A DNA stretch of 48,094 nucleotides from Deltaproteobacteria bacterium (GTDB lineage: Bacteria; Desulfobacterota; QYQD01), in contig QYQD01000002.1 in assembly GCA_007280345.1 (NCBI GenBank), positions 1-48,094 on the forward strand. Direction: 5' to 3'. Both the position numbers and the translations under genes were made by a program. Within the stretch, counting starts at the first letter, position 1; every line of letters starts with the position of its first letter. The notes below the pieces were generated by a model, which worked only from the letters and a program-made list of their open reading frames with translations, did no database searches and had not been told where the DNA came from. This document shows, piece by piece, positions 1 through 7,514 of the stretch.

Positions 1-660
1 CACGGCCCGGATATAGCGCTGCTCCTGGGGATGCGGGATATGTCTCCGTCCGACCGGCAGAGTGCGGTTGAGCCGGTTTCCTTCTCTGAAAACCTCAAAT
101 TCATGTCCATAGAATACCTGATGGCGGACAAAGATCAGGCCATAATATGGCGCGGTCCGCTGAAATACAAGGCTATAAGGACCTTTTTGGGCGAAGTGCG
201 GTGGGGAGAACTGGATTATTTAATAATAGACGCCCCTCCCGGCACCGGCGACGAACCCTTGACCATTGCGCAAACTATAAAGGATGTCAGGGCGCTTATC
301 GTAACTACGCCGCAGGAGGTGTCCCTCTCTGACGTGCGTAAATCTATCCGTTTCTGTCGCAAGGCCGATATGTCTATCGTGGGTCTTATAGAGAATATGA
401 GCGGCCTCAGTTGTCCGCATTGCGGGAAGGAGATACCATTATTTAAAATCGGCGGCGGCGAGAGGCTGGCCCGCGAAATGGTTATCCCCTTCCTCGGCCG
501 GATCCCTTTGGAGCCCAGGATTGTTGTGGCCAGCGACGACGGCAAGCCATTTATGAACCAAGCTGCGGAAGGTCAGAGTGTGGCGGCAAACGCCTTTGAG
601 AAGATAGCCGAAAGGATTTTGGCTGAAGAGGCCAAGTGCCCGGCGGCAGCACGTATGTAA
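1..660 (+). CDS. Mrp/ApbC/NBP35-family Fe-S cluster carrier ATPase (5' end cut by window edge)
   Basis: The frame is open from base 1 and continuous with ORF 31..660. Motifs GPDIALLLG, WRGPLKYKAIRTF, DYLIIDAPPGTGDE and CPHCG are typical of Mrp/ApbC proteins. Confidence 0.85.
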   Translation, partial: HGPDIALLLGMRDMSPSDRQSAVEPVSFSENLKFMSIEYLMADKDQAIIWRGPLKYKAIRTFLGEVRWGELDYLIIDAPPGTGDEPLTIAQTIKDVRALIVTTPQEVSLSDVRKSIRFCRKADMSIVGLIENMSGLSCPHCGKEIPLFKIGGGERLAREMVIPFLGRIPLEPRIVVASDDGKPFMNQAAEGQSVAANAFEKIAERILAEEAKCPAAARM

Positions 661-662
661 CC

Positions 663-986
663 ATGCACGATAAAAAACCAACCGTCAAAGAAATAAATAA
701 TGCCCGGGAAGTTCTTGGTCTCCCAGCCTTCGCTATCCTGACGGAAATAAAGAAGGCCTATCGTAAAAAATGTCAACGCTGGCATCCGGATACTGCCCGT
801 GGGAAAGACCTGGAAAAACATAACCAGAAGATGCAGGCTATAAATGAAGCCTACCAGGTTCTCCTGGCTTACTGCCAGAACTACCGATATTGTCTCGAGC
901 CAAAGGAAGAAGATGCAGATGAGAACTGGTGGATGGATAGATTCGGTCAGGATCCCCTCTGGAGCAGCAAGAGACAAAAGGATTAG
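663..986 (+). CDS. small J-domain (DnaJ-like) protein
   Basis: ATG at 663 lies in frame within ORF 636..986. The J-domain signature is IKKAYRKKCQRWHPD...INEAYQVLL. The gene starts 3 nt after the mrp stop. Confidence 0.7.
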   Translation: MHDKKPTVKEINNAREVLGLPAFAILTEIKKAYRKKCQRWHPDTARGKDLEKHNQKMQAINEAYQVLLAYCQNYRYCLEPKEEDADENWWMDRFGQDPLWSSKRQKD

Positions 987-1016
987 AGCACCTTACCCAG
1001 AAAAAGGATAACACCG

Positions 1017-1616
1017 CTGACTATAATCTTACTAATTTTATTAGGTTATGCCCTTGGCTCTGTTCCCTTTGGCCTGATTATCGGTAAGAGGGCGGGGCAG
1101 ATGGATATCCGTAAGGCCGGTAGCGGCAACATCGGCGCCACTAACGTTGGCCGGATATTAGGCAAAAAATGGGGTATCTTAACCCTCCTTTGTGACATAA
1201 ATAAGGCCGTCATCCCCTTAGGGTTTGCTCTCTACGGCCTTCGCGGGGTGGCAAATATGGAGCTATGGGTCAGCCTTATTGCCCTGGCGGTCTTTATTGG
1301 CCATCTCTACCCTGTCTATCTGAAATTTAAAGGCGGCAAAGGAGTGGCCACGGCCCTTGGTGTTTTTATTGTCCTCATACCGTGGGCTGCGTTTTCGGCC
1401 TTTCCGGTATTTATAGCTGCTACCTGGATCTCCGGATATGTATCGGTGGGGTCGCTTACTGCGGCTGCGGCCATGCCTTTGCTGGCCTGGCTTTTTAGCC
1501 ATTCAAAGATATATACACTGCTGGCTGCGGCCATGGCCGCACTTATCTGGATAAAACATAAAGACAACATCCGGCGGATGTTAAACGGAAGTGAAAAGTC
1601 CTGGCGCAAGGGCTAG
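1017..1616 (+). CDS. plsY: glycerol-3-phosphate acyltransferase PlsY (start uncertain, apparently non-canonical)
   Basis: GSGNIGATNVGR motif. The conserved N-terminal helix LLGYALGSVPFGLII is encoded upstream of the first ATG (1101). The only in-frame start candidates after the TAG at 984-986 are ATA, CTG, ATC and ATT. AGGA at 1005-1008 precedes the CTG at 1017. Confidence 0.8.
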   Translation: MTIILLILLGYALGSVPFGLIIGKRAGQMDIRKAGSGNIGATNVGRILGKKWGILTLLCDINKAVIPLGFALYGLRGVANMELWVSLIALAVFIGHLYPVYLKFKGGKGVATALGVFIVLIPWAAFSAFPVFIAATWISGYVSVGSLTAAAAMPLLAWLFSHSKIYTLLAAAMAALIWIKHKDNIRRMLNGSEKSWRKG

Positions 1617-2131
1617 AGTTTTTTTAGCTTGCCCTGACATCTTCTTTGCGTGCGGGAGGGGCGGCGGGCCGCCCCTTTTCTTTTCGTCGTACTATTATAA
1701 TCTTCGTCTTCGCTTTCCAGGCCTTTGGCATCGCAGTACAGGGCCACCGCCATCTTCTCCTCAAATTCATGCGGGGGTATTACGGCAGCGTTTTCCTTCA
1801 AGGCAAAGGAAGCGATGTCTGAATCTGCAGTAATTACAACGGCCCTCTCCCCCTCTTCACGCACAATTCTCTTTATAACCTCATCGGCGGTTTCCCCTAA
1901 CCGTGAATAGATGACACGAATTCCGCTCACCCGGTCATGGCTTTCTTTGCAATCTCCGCCTTTCCACCCATCGAAAATCACGGTAATAGGATGGCCTTTT
2001 ATGGTCTTATAGCGGGCAAGATTCCCGATCAGGGCCTCACGCCCCTTCTGAAAATCCTGTAGCTCTATAGAACTCAGTCGCGGCGATTGTCTTATCAGGT
2101 TATAGCCGTCTATAATTAAGTGCAGAGCCAA
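1613..2131 (-). CDS. YacP/Rae1-like NYN-domain ribonuclease
   Basis: N-terminal IIDGYNLIR, VIFDGW and GETADEVIKR resemble the YacP (PF05991-type) family. The C-terminal tail is basic. Confidence 0.7.
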   Translation of the reverse strand: MALHLIIDGYNLIRQSPRLSSIELQDFQKGREALIGNLARYKTIKGHPITVIFDGWKGGDCKESHDRVSGIRVIYSRLGETADEVIKRIVREEGERAVVITADSDIASFALKENAAVIPPHEFEEKMAVALYCDAKGLESEDEDYNSTTKRKGAARRPSRTQRRCQGKLKKL

Positions 2132-2134
2132 TGG

Positions 2135-2992
2135 TCAGGCACCCTGTTCCAGGCCAGAGATATAATCGACAATACGCGCCAGATCCTCTTCTGAATAAAA
2201 ATCGATCTCGATTTTGCCCCGCTTACCACGCCTTGAAATACGAACCCTGGTTCCCAGATGTCGCATTATCTCCTCGGCCAGCGAAAGGGTATGGCTATCT
2301 GGTTGTCTTTGGCCCGCCGGCTGGTGCGGTTTTTTCAATCTTCGCACCAAGGCCTCGGTTTCCCGCACGGAAAGGTCCTTTTTTATGATCGTATCTCTGA
2401 CCATCCGCTGGCCTTCTTGATCCTCAATCCCAGCCAGCACCCGGGCATGTCCCATGCTGAGGTCCTCCGCCCATATATTTTCCTTTATGTAATCCGGCAG
2501 CTTAAGTAAACGGAGAAAATTGGCCACGGTGGAACGCTCTTTTCCTACACGGGAGGCCAACTCTTCCTGCGTCAGGCCAAACTCCTGTATGAGGCGGTTA
2601 TAGGCCCCGGCCTCCTCCAGGGGATTCAAATCCTCGCGCTGGATATTTTCAATTAGGGCCAGCTCTAAGACCTCCGCAGGGGAGACATCCTTGACGATGA
2701 TTGGTATGTCCTTCAGCCCTGCTTTCTGGGCGGCCCGCCACCTTCGTTCCCCGGCGATAAGTTCGTAGCCTGAATCGACACGCCGCACGATTATGGGTTG
2801 AATAATGCCCTTTTCTTTTATCGAAGCGGCCAGTTCTTCTATCCGATCATTCTTTATTACCCGGCGCGGCTGGTAAGGATTGGGTTTTACCTCTTCAATG
2901 GCACAGGAAAAGATCGCCGGCTCTTTTTCCTCTTGCGTCCCACTGGGTAGCAACGCATCCAGCCCTTTTCCTAAGCCGGTTTTTTTAATCAT
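2135..2992 (-). CDS. parB: chromosome partitioning protein ParB/Spo0J
   Basis: ParB box motifs GIIQPIIVR and LIAGERRWRAA plus an HTH region. Overlaps the parA stop by 4 nt. Confidence 0.9.
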   Translation of the reverse strand: MIKKTGLGKGLDALLPSGTQEEKEPAIFSCAIEEVKPNPYQPRRVIKNDRIEELAASIKEKGIIQPIIVRRVDSGYELIAGERRWRAAQKAGLKDIPIIVKDVSPAEVLELALIENIQREDLNPLEEAGAYNRLIQEFGLTQEELASRVGKERSTVANFLRLLKLPDYIKENIWAEDLSMGHARVLAGIEDQEGQRMVRDTIIKKDLSVRETEALVRRLKKPHQPAGQRQPDSHTLSLAEEIMRHLGTRVRISRRGKRGKIEIDFYSEEDLARIVDYISGLEQGA

Positions 2993-3765
2993 ATAACCTT
3001 CCTTTCCTCTCTAGCCAGAAACTCTCGGGCCAAAGCCAGATAGGACTGCGTCCCCTTTGAATATTTATCATACAGCAGCACAGGCTTGCCGTGGCTGGGG
3101 GCCTCGCTGAGACGGACATTTCGAGGAATAATGGTATCGAAAACCTTTGCCTGGAAATGCTTATGTACTTCGCTAACCACCTGGTGGGAAAGATTGTTCC
3201 GGGCATCAAACATGGTAAGAACTAGTCCGGCAACCACAAGCCTGGGGTTTAGAGACTGCTTGATAAGGCGTACGGTCTGCACGAGTTGGCTCAAGCCCTC
3301 CAGGGCATAATATTCACACTGTAGTGGTATCAGGATGGCATCCGCGGCCGTAAGGGCATTGACTGTAAGCAGGCCCAGGGATGGCGGACAATCTAAAAAA
3401 ATATAGTCAAATCGAGATTTAACCGGCGCCAAGACCTTAGATAAAACGGTTTCACGTGAAACAATCTGTACAAGCTCAATTTCTGCACCAACCAGATCTA
3501 TGCTGGCCGGTAAAATAGATAGGTGAGGCACCTCTGTCGGCCGCACCACCTCATCAAACGAGACCTCATTAATAAGCAAGTCGTAGAGACTTTTCCCGAC
3601 ATTTTTCTTTTCGAGGCCCAGCCCGCCCGTGGCATTGCCCTGTGGATCGCAATCCACCAGAAGGATCTCACAGCCCGAAAAGGCCAGAGATGCGGCCAGG
3701 TTTACGGCCGTTGTGGTCTTACCAACACCGCCTTTTTGATTAGCCAGACAGATGATCTTACCCAT
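2989..3765 (-). CDS. parA: chromosome partitioning ATPase ParA/Soj
   Basis: Deviant Walker A NQKGGVGKTTT. The protein resembles ParA/Soj over its full length. Confidence 0.9.
   Translation of the reverse strand: MGKIICLANQKGGVGKTTTAVNLAASLAFSGCEILLVDCDPQGNATGGLGLEKKNVGKSLYDLLINEVSFDEVVRPTEVPHLSILPASIDLVGAEIELVQIVSRETVLSKVLAPVKSRFDYIFLDCPPSLGLLTVNALTAADAILIPLQCEYYALEGLSQLVQTVRLIKQSLNPRLVVAGLVLTMFDARNNLSHQVVSEVHKHFQAKVFDTIIPRNVRLSEAPSHGKPVLLYDKYSKGTQSYLALAREFLAREERKVI
3448..3463. promoter_or_regulatory. parS-like site (15/16 match) inside the parA coding region
   Basis: gGTTTCACGTGAAACA compared with the parS consensus TGTTNCACGTGAAACA. Confidence 0.7.
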
Positions 3766-3830
3766 GATGAAGTGAAGTTACCACAAAACGTTTTCCTTGC
3801 AAAGGACATTTATGTCCCAGGATATTGAGT

Positions 3831-3846
3831 TGTTTCACGTGGAACA
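3831..3846. promoter_or_regulatory. parS centromere-like site upstream of parA
   Basis: TGTTTCACGTGGAACA. Its reverse complement TGTTCCACGTGAAACA equals the classical Bacillus-type parS consensus. Confidence 0.85.
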
Positions 3847-3875
3847 ACCCAACTGATGGTCGCCAATTAGTGTTC

Positions 3876-3899
3876 ATCCGGAAACCACTGTTTCCGGAT
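3876..3899. other. perfect 10-bp stem hairpin or palindromic operator candidate
   Basis: ATCCGGAAAC-cact-GTTTCCGGAT. No T-run follows on either strand. Confidence 0.5.
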
Positions 3900-3906
3900 T
3901 CACGCT

Positions 3907-4035
3907 TTCAGCGATCAGCGATTAGCTGTCAGCATGTTTGTTATCCGTTAACCGTTAACCGTTGTCCGACATTTTCTTTCGGTAAACGGTCAACAGTGAA
4001 CGGTGGACCGGCTTCATGCTGATGGCTGAACGCTC
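3907..4035. repeat. compound palindrome built from heptamer arrays (outer TCAGCGA-type arms, inner CCGTTAA/CGGTNAA-type arms)
   Basis: Left side: ttcagcg atcagcg attagct gtcagca, then ccgttaa ccgttaa ccgttgt. Right side: cggtaaa cggtcaa cagtgaa cggtgga, then catgctg atggctg aacgctc. The arms are mutually inverted. Confidence 0.75.
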
Positions 4036-4258
4036 ATTCGGAACTTTTGGGTTTTCGGATGAAAATAATTAGTTGATGTTATTGCTTAAAATATAATCAT
4101 TCTAAGGCAGACCGCAGGCTAGATATACTGCATGCTCTATGGTGAGCATCTACAAATCTTTTATCAAAGGGTATTAACAATTTTTGTAATCGCGCTGCCC
4201 CCAACCCCACTCCTTTTATAACAAGTTGAATATATTAGAAAAAATTATCGACCCGGTA

Positions 4259-4274
4259 GGGCACTGTTCTTGCA
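4259..4274 (+). promoter_or_regulatory. sigma-54 (-24/-12) promoter candidate
   Basis: GGGCAC-tgttc-TTGCA matches TGGCAC-N5-TTGCW except at the first base. It lies about 120 nt upstream of the 4395 ORF. Confidence 0.5.
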
Positions 4275-4394
4275 ACTGTCTGATATTAAAGAATTACGTA
4301 TTAATTCCGATAACATAAAGCAGGGGCTTTTTGAGGTCTTGCTCGTGCCTATACAGATGCGCAGAGAACGTATATTTATTGAGGTAAGTTAGAT

Positions 4395-4841
4395 ATGGAG
4401 AAAATCTGTCTGGCCCGGAGGAGATGGGAAGGTAATAAGGTTGAGGAAGGGGACTTGCAGCCGCCGGTAGCCTTGCCGGCTCCATCTGAACCGGGCATTA
4501 CTATCGAACCCAATGAGGTAATTAATTCTTTAGTTAAGTCTTTGGTCGCTATAGGCAACAAAGACTATGACGAGTCCAGGGCCACGGTGAAGAAGTTTGA
4601 CTTGGAGATTAGATATGAATTGTTTTCCCCCATCAAGGTTACGGTGTATGTCACACCTGCCCAGCCGCAGACTGACAAACAATGGCTTACCGTAGAAGAG
4701 ACAGCCCGATCTCTCAAGGTAAGCACGGCTACGATTTACAAGGAACTCTTAGCCGGAAAATTGGTCGGGCTTAAGATAGGGCGGCAGTGGCGTGTGTTTA
4801 GGCCCGGATTGGACGGGGAAGCCTGGGAGGGATTAATATGA
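4395..4841 (+). CDS. hypothetical protein with a C-terminal excisionase/MerR-type HTH
   Basis: C-terminal WLTVEETARSLKVSTATIYKELLAGKLVGLKIGRQWRV resembles HTH_17/excisionase-family domains. The N-terminal ~95 aa is unrecognised. GAGG precedes the ATG. Confidence 0.6.
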   Translation: MEKICLARRRWEGNKVEEGDLQPPVALPAPSEPGITIEPNEVINSLVKSLVAIGNKDYDESRATVKKFDLEIRYELFSPIKVTVYVTPAQPQTDKQWLTVEETARSLKVSTATIYKELLAGKLVGLKIGRQWRVFRPGLDGEAWEGLI

Positions 4842-6253
4842 CCTATTACAGATATTGGGGATTGAATCGGCCGCCGTTTGATAATGTGCCTGATCCGAAG
4901 ATGTATTGGCCGCAGAATCCCGGTTTGGAAGATGCCATATCAGAGACTTTATTTGCCATTAAAGAGGGGAATGAGTGTCTGGCGGTAATAGTAGGGGATA
5001 TTGGAACAGGAAAGACATTGGCCTTACGTATTCTCCTGAACGAATTAGGCCCGGATAAATACAGGATAGCCTTTCTGACTAATCCCACGCTGTCTTTCAC
5101 ACAGATAATGCGCGAGATCATCGGCCAGTTGGAAAATAAGAAGGTAGTCACGAAGTGGAAAGACCATTTACAAGAAGAAATTAATCAGATCCTTTATCGA
5201 ACAGCCGACGAAGGTAAGCGCGTAGTTATATTCATCGATGAAGCCAATGTCCTGAACCCGGCCGGCTTACAGGGGCTGCGGCTCCTCACCAATATGCAAG
5301 ATGACCGCCGGAATCTGGTGACTTTTGTACTTGCCGGCCAGAAAGAGTTGGCGCAAAAGCTGGAAAGACCGTCGATGGAAAACCTCTACCAGCGCATCGG
5401 AGTTTATTGTAAGGTGAGGGGGTTAGACTCTCTGGAACTGGTTGCCGGGTATATAGCTCATCGGCTGAAACAGGCACGCCCCGACGCATCTGCGACCGGA
5501 TGTTCCAGAGAGATATTTACTGAACAGGCGGTTAGGGCTATATGGAACCATTCCCGTGGTGTGCCGCGGGTGGTCAACAAGATATGCAAGTTATGTCTTA
5601 AGGCCGGTGAGACTAACCAGCTTCAATCCATAGATGAAACCATGGTAGAAAACCTTGCCTATATGTTTAAAAAAGGCTTTTTTAAGAAAGATAGGCCCGC
5701 GGCGTTGAAGGTTCAGGAGAGTGCTGAACATAAAACGTCAGGAGGAGTTCCACCTGAAACACAGGAGGAAGAAAACATATCTTCTTTGGAGTCGGATGCC
5801 GGACATAAGGCCACGACCTTAAAAGACGATTCCTCACCATCGGAACTTTTAGCGGTTAAGTCTTCCCAGGCGAGCAGCGAGGAAGGGGAGCCTGTCGCTG
5901 CAGAATGCACCGCCGCTGTAAAAACCGATGCAGAGAAGCCCGTTCAAACCAGGGAGCACGCCCCGGCGCAGCTACGACCGGATGCTGAGGACGAAGGACC
6001 AACATGGCCAGAGATAGAAGAGCTGGTTAAACAGATCCCTCCTGAAATTTTAAATCGGCTTTATACTATGGAGGAGCGGCAGCTTTACCGCCTGGCCGGC
6101 CAACTAGCCGCCAGTCAACTGCGTGAAAATGGGACGCTGAAGAATACCTCAGATCCCATCGTTCAGTGGGAAAAGATGCGGAGCGCGATAGTGATGTTAC
6201 TTAAAAATTTTTCCAGACTTAATCAGGTCGGACAGGCTACCGAATATCGTTAG
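4838..6253 (+). CDS. ExeA/GspA-like AAA (AAA_22) ATPase with a long acidic, low-complexity C-terminal half
   Basis: YWGLNRPPFDNVPDP, Walker A GDIGTGKT and Walker B VVIFIDEA are typical of the ExeA/MshM family. ATGA start/stop overlap with the upstream ORF. Confidence 0.7.
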   Translation: MTYYRYWGLNRPPFDNVPDPKMYWPQNPGLEDAISETLFAIKEGNECLAVIVGDIGTGKTLALRILLNELGPDKYRIAFLTNPTLSFTQIMREIIGQLENKKVVTKWKDHLQEEINQILYRTADEGKRVVIFIDEANVLNPAGLQGLRLLTNMQDDRRNLVTFVLAGQKELAQKLERPSMENLYQRIGVYCKVRGLDSLELVAGYIAHRLKQARPDASATGCSREIFTEQAVRAIWNHSRGVPRVVNKICKLCLKAGETNQLQSIDETMVENLAYMFKKGFFKKDRPAALKVQESAEHKTSGGVPPETQEEENISSLESDAGHKATTLKDDSSPSELLAVKSSQASSEEGEPVAAECTAAVKTDAEKPVQTREHAPAQLRPDAEDEGPTWPEIEELVKQIPPEILNRLYTMEERQLYRLAGQLAASQLRENGTLKNTSDPIVQWEKMRSAIVMLLKNFSRLNQVGQATEYR

Positions 6254-6254
6254 C

Positions 6255-6413
6255 TAAAGAGGCTCTTGCAAAATTGTCTGTCATCCCCGAATGATTCTAT
6301 CCCCGATACAGGCATTCGGGGACGGATATGGTTTTTACTTGAATAAAACCAGATTCCCGCTCAAAAGCGTTGCGGGAATGACAAAAAATGGAGTTTTGCA
6401 AGAGGCTCTAAAG
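6255..6413. repeat. compound palindromic element containing two inverted TGTCATYCCCG units
   Basis: Outer inverted repeat ctcttgcaaaa (6263-6273) / ttttgcaagag (6394-6404). Inner hairpins CCCCGAATG (6285-6293) / CATTCGGGG (6313-6321) and ATTCCCGC (6353-6360) / GCGGGAAT (6372-6379). Confidence 0.7.
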
Positions 6414-6416
6414 AAT

Positions 6417-6605
6417 GATGAATTCGTAAAAAGTCAAAATTACCGCAGAGGTCGCCGAGGTTGGCGTAGGGGCAGGGCTTGCCCTGCCCAATAAGAGCGC
6501 AGCAAGCGGCGCCCCTACGTTGCGGGTTACGGCCTCGGCGTGAGCTCAGCCGAACGGACTCTGCGTGCTCAGCAGTGAAAAGGCTTTTTTACGAATCGAT
6601 CAAAG
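6417..6605 (+). repeat. MITE-like element, copy E1 (CGCAGAG-word termini, nested GC palindrome core)
   Basis: Terminal inverted repeat ttcgtaaaaag / cttttttacgaa. Subterminal words are taccgcagaggtcgccgagg and ctctgcgtgctcagcagtgaaaagg. The core is cgtaggggcagggcttgccctgcc...gcccctacg. The element recurs at 13181-13330. Confidence 0.85.
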
Positions 6606-6651
6606 AATAGCCTGAAGAATCTATAAGTTAACTCCCCGGCAGCTATAGGCA

Positions 6652-6713
6652 ACGTCATGGGTCATTGGTTAGGTGTGGAAGATTGACCACTTTTACCAGT
6701 GACTAATGACAGC
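6652..6713. repeat. heptamer-arm hairpin element (GTCATNN / NNATGAC family), copy 1
   Basis: aacgtcatgggtcattggttagg - gtggaagattg... - ccagtgactaatgac. Homologous to 28451-28524. Confidence 0.7.
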
Positions 6714-6730
6714 CACTCTAGTCTTAGCCA

Positions 6731-7495
6731 TTACCGAATGCACTCTTGAGCCCCGGATAAGAATCGGTAGGATTTTATTTCTTTGCCCAGAAGGCTGTGT
6801 ACAAAATTTTCCAGAATAGGTGCGCTTTCGGCCAATGGTTGAGCGCTAAAATGTAGTCGGGAAAGCTTAGCCAGAGACGTTTTTTGGGCTAATGAGAGGA
6901 GTTTGACGGTGCCTGGCGAAAGGCGATTTTTTAAGGGAAGATTAAGGGCGCAGTCAGAACAGACAATGCCCCCCTTTTCATAATTAAAACTATAAGAAAC
7001 CTGTCCACCCTTCCATAGATTACAGTTAACACAAGCTATAAAATTAGGGGCATAACCGACTATGGTGAGGAGGCGCAGGTGAAAAATTACAGATAGAGGG
7101 GCTAAAGAGGCGCCTTGATCGACCATGCGAAGGGCCCATAGTAAAAGATGAAAAAGTTCGGCATGGGGATCACGATCCCTTACCCAGGCATCTACCAGTT
7201 CACAGAAATAAGAGGCATAAGCAAATCTTTCGGGTGCCTTTCGTATGGAAGGAAACGATTGCAGCAGGTCACATTGGTCGATTCTGGTTAGAGATGAATG
7301 ATGTTTTTCCCAGAGAATAGGTCGGACGAAGGAAAACAGATCTAACTGGTTAGCAAAGCGCTTGCGGCTCCTTTTAGCGCCCTTGGCAATGCTTGTTATT
7401 TTACCTAAAGAATATGTAAATAAGGTAATAATCTTGTCAGATTCACCAAAGTCCTTATGGTTAAGTATGATAGCGGGTGTTTTGTGGAGAGGCAT
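6731..7495 (-). CDS. recO: DNA repair protein RecO
   Basis: N-terminal OB-fold region AIILNHKDFGESDKIITLFT. Cys-rich zinc motif CVNC...CSDC. Confidence 0.85.
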   Translation of the reverse strand: MPLHKTPAIILNHKDFGESDKIITLFTYSLGKITSIAKGAKRSRKRFANQLDLFSFVRPILWEKHHSSLTRIDQCDLLQSFPSIRKAPERFAYASYFCELVDAWVRDRDPHAELFHLLLWALRMVDQGASLAPLSVIFHLRLLTIVGYAPNFIACVNCNLWKGGQVSYSFNYEKGGIVCSDCALNLPLKNRLSPGTVKLLSLAQKTSLAKLSRLHFSAQPLAESAPILENFVHSLLGKEIKSYRFLSGAQECIR

Positions 7496-7514
7496 AGGCT
7501 TTAATCAGGATAAA

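Noticed and set aside
3766-4394. The long non-coding region next to parAB-parS might be oriC.
   Set aside because: I found no cluster of DnaA boxes. The best match is a single 7/9 hit, TTATCCGTT. No dnaA or dnaN gene is adjacent. parS only indicates origin proximity.
6291-6494. 67-aa ORF (...RRGWRRGRACPAQ).
   Set aside because: It lies wholly within the palindromic element and MITE-like E1. Its peptide is the translation of the GC palindrome, and the same DNA occurs inverted at 13181-13330.
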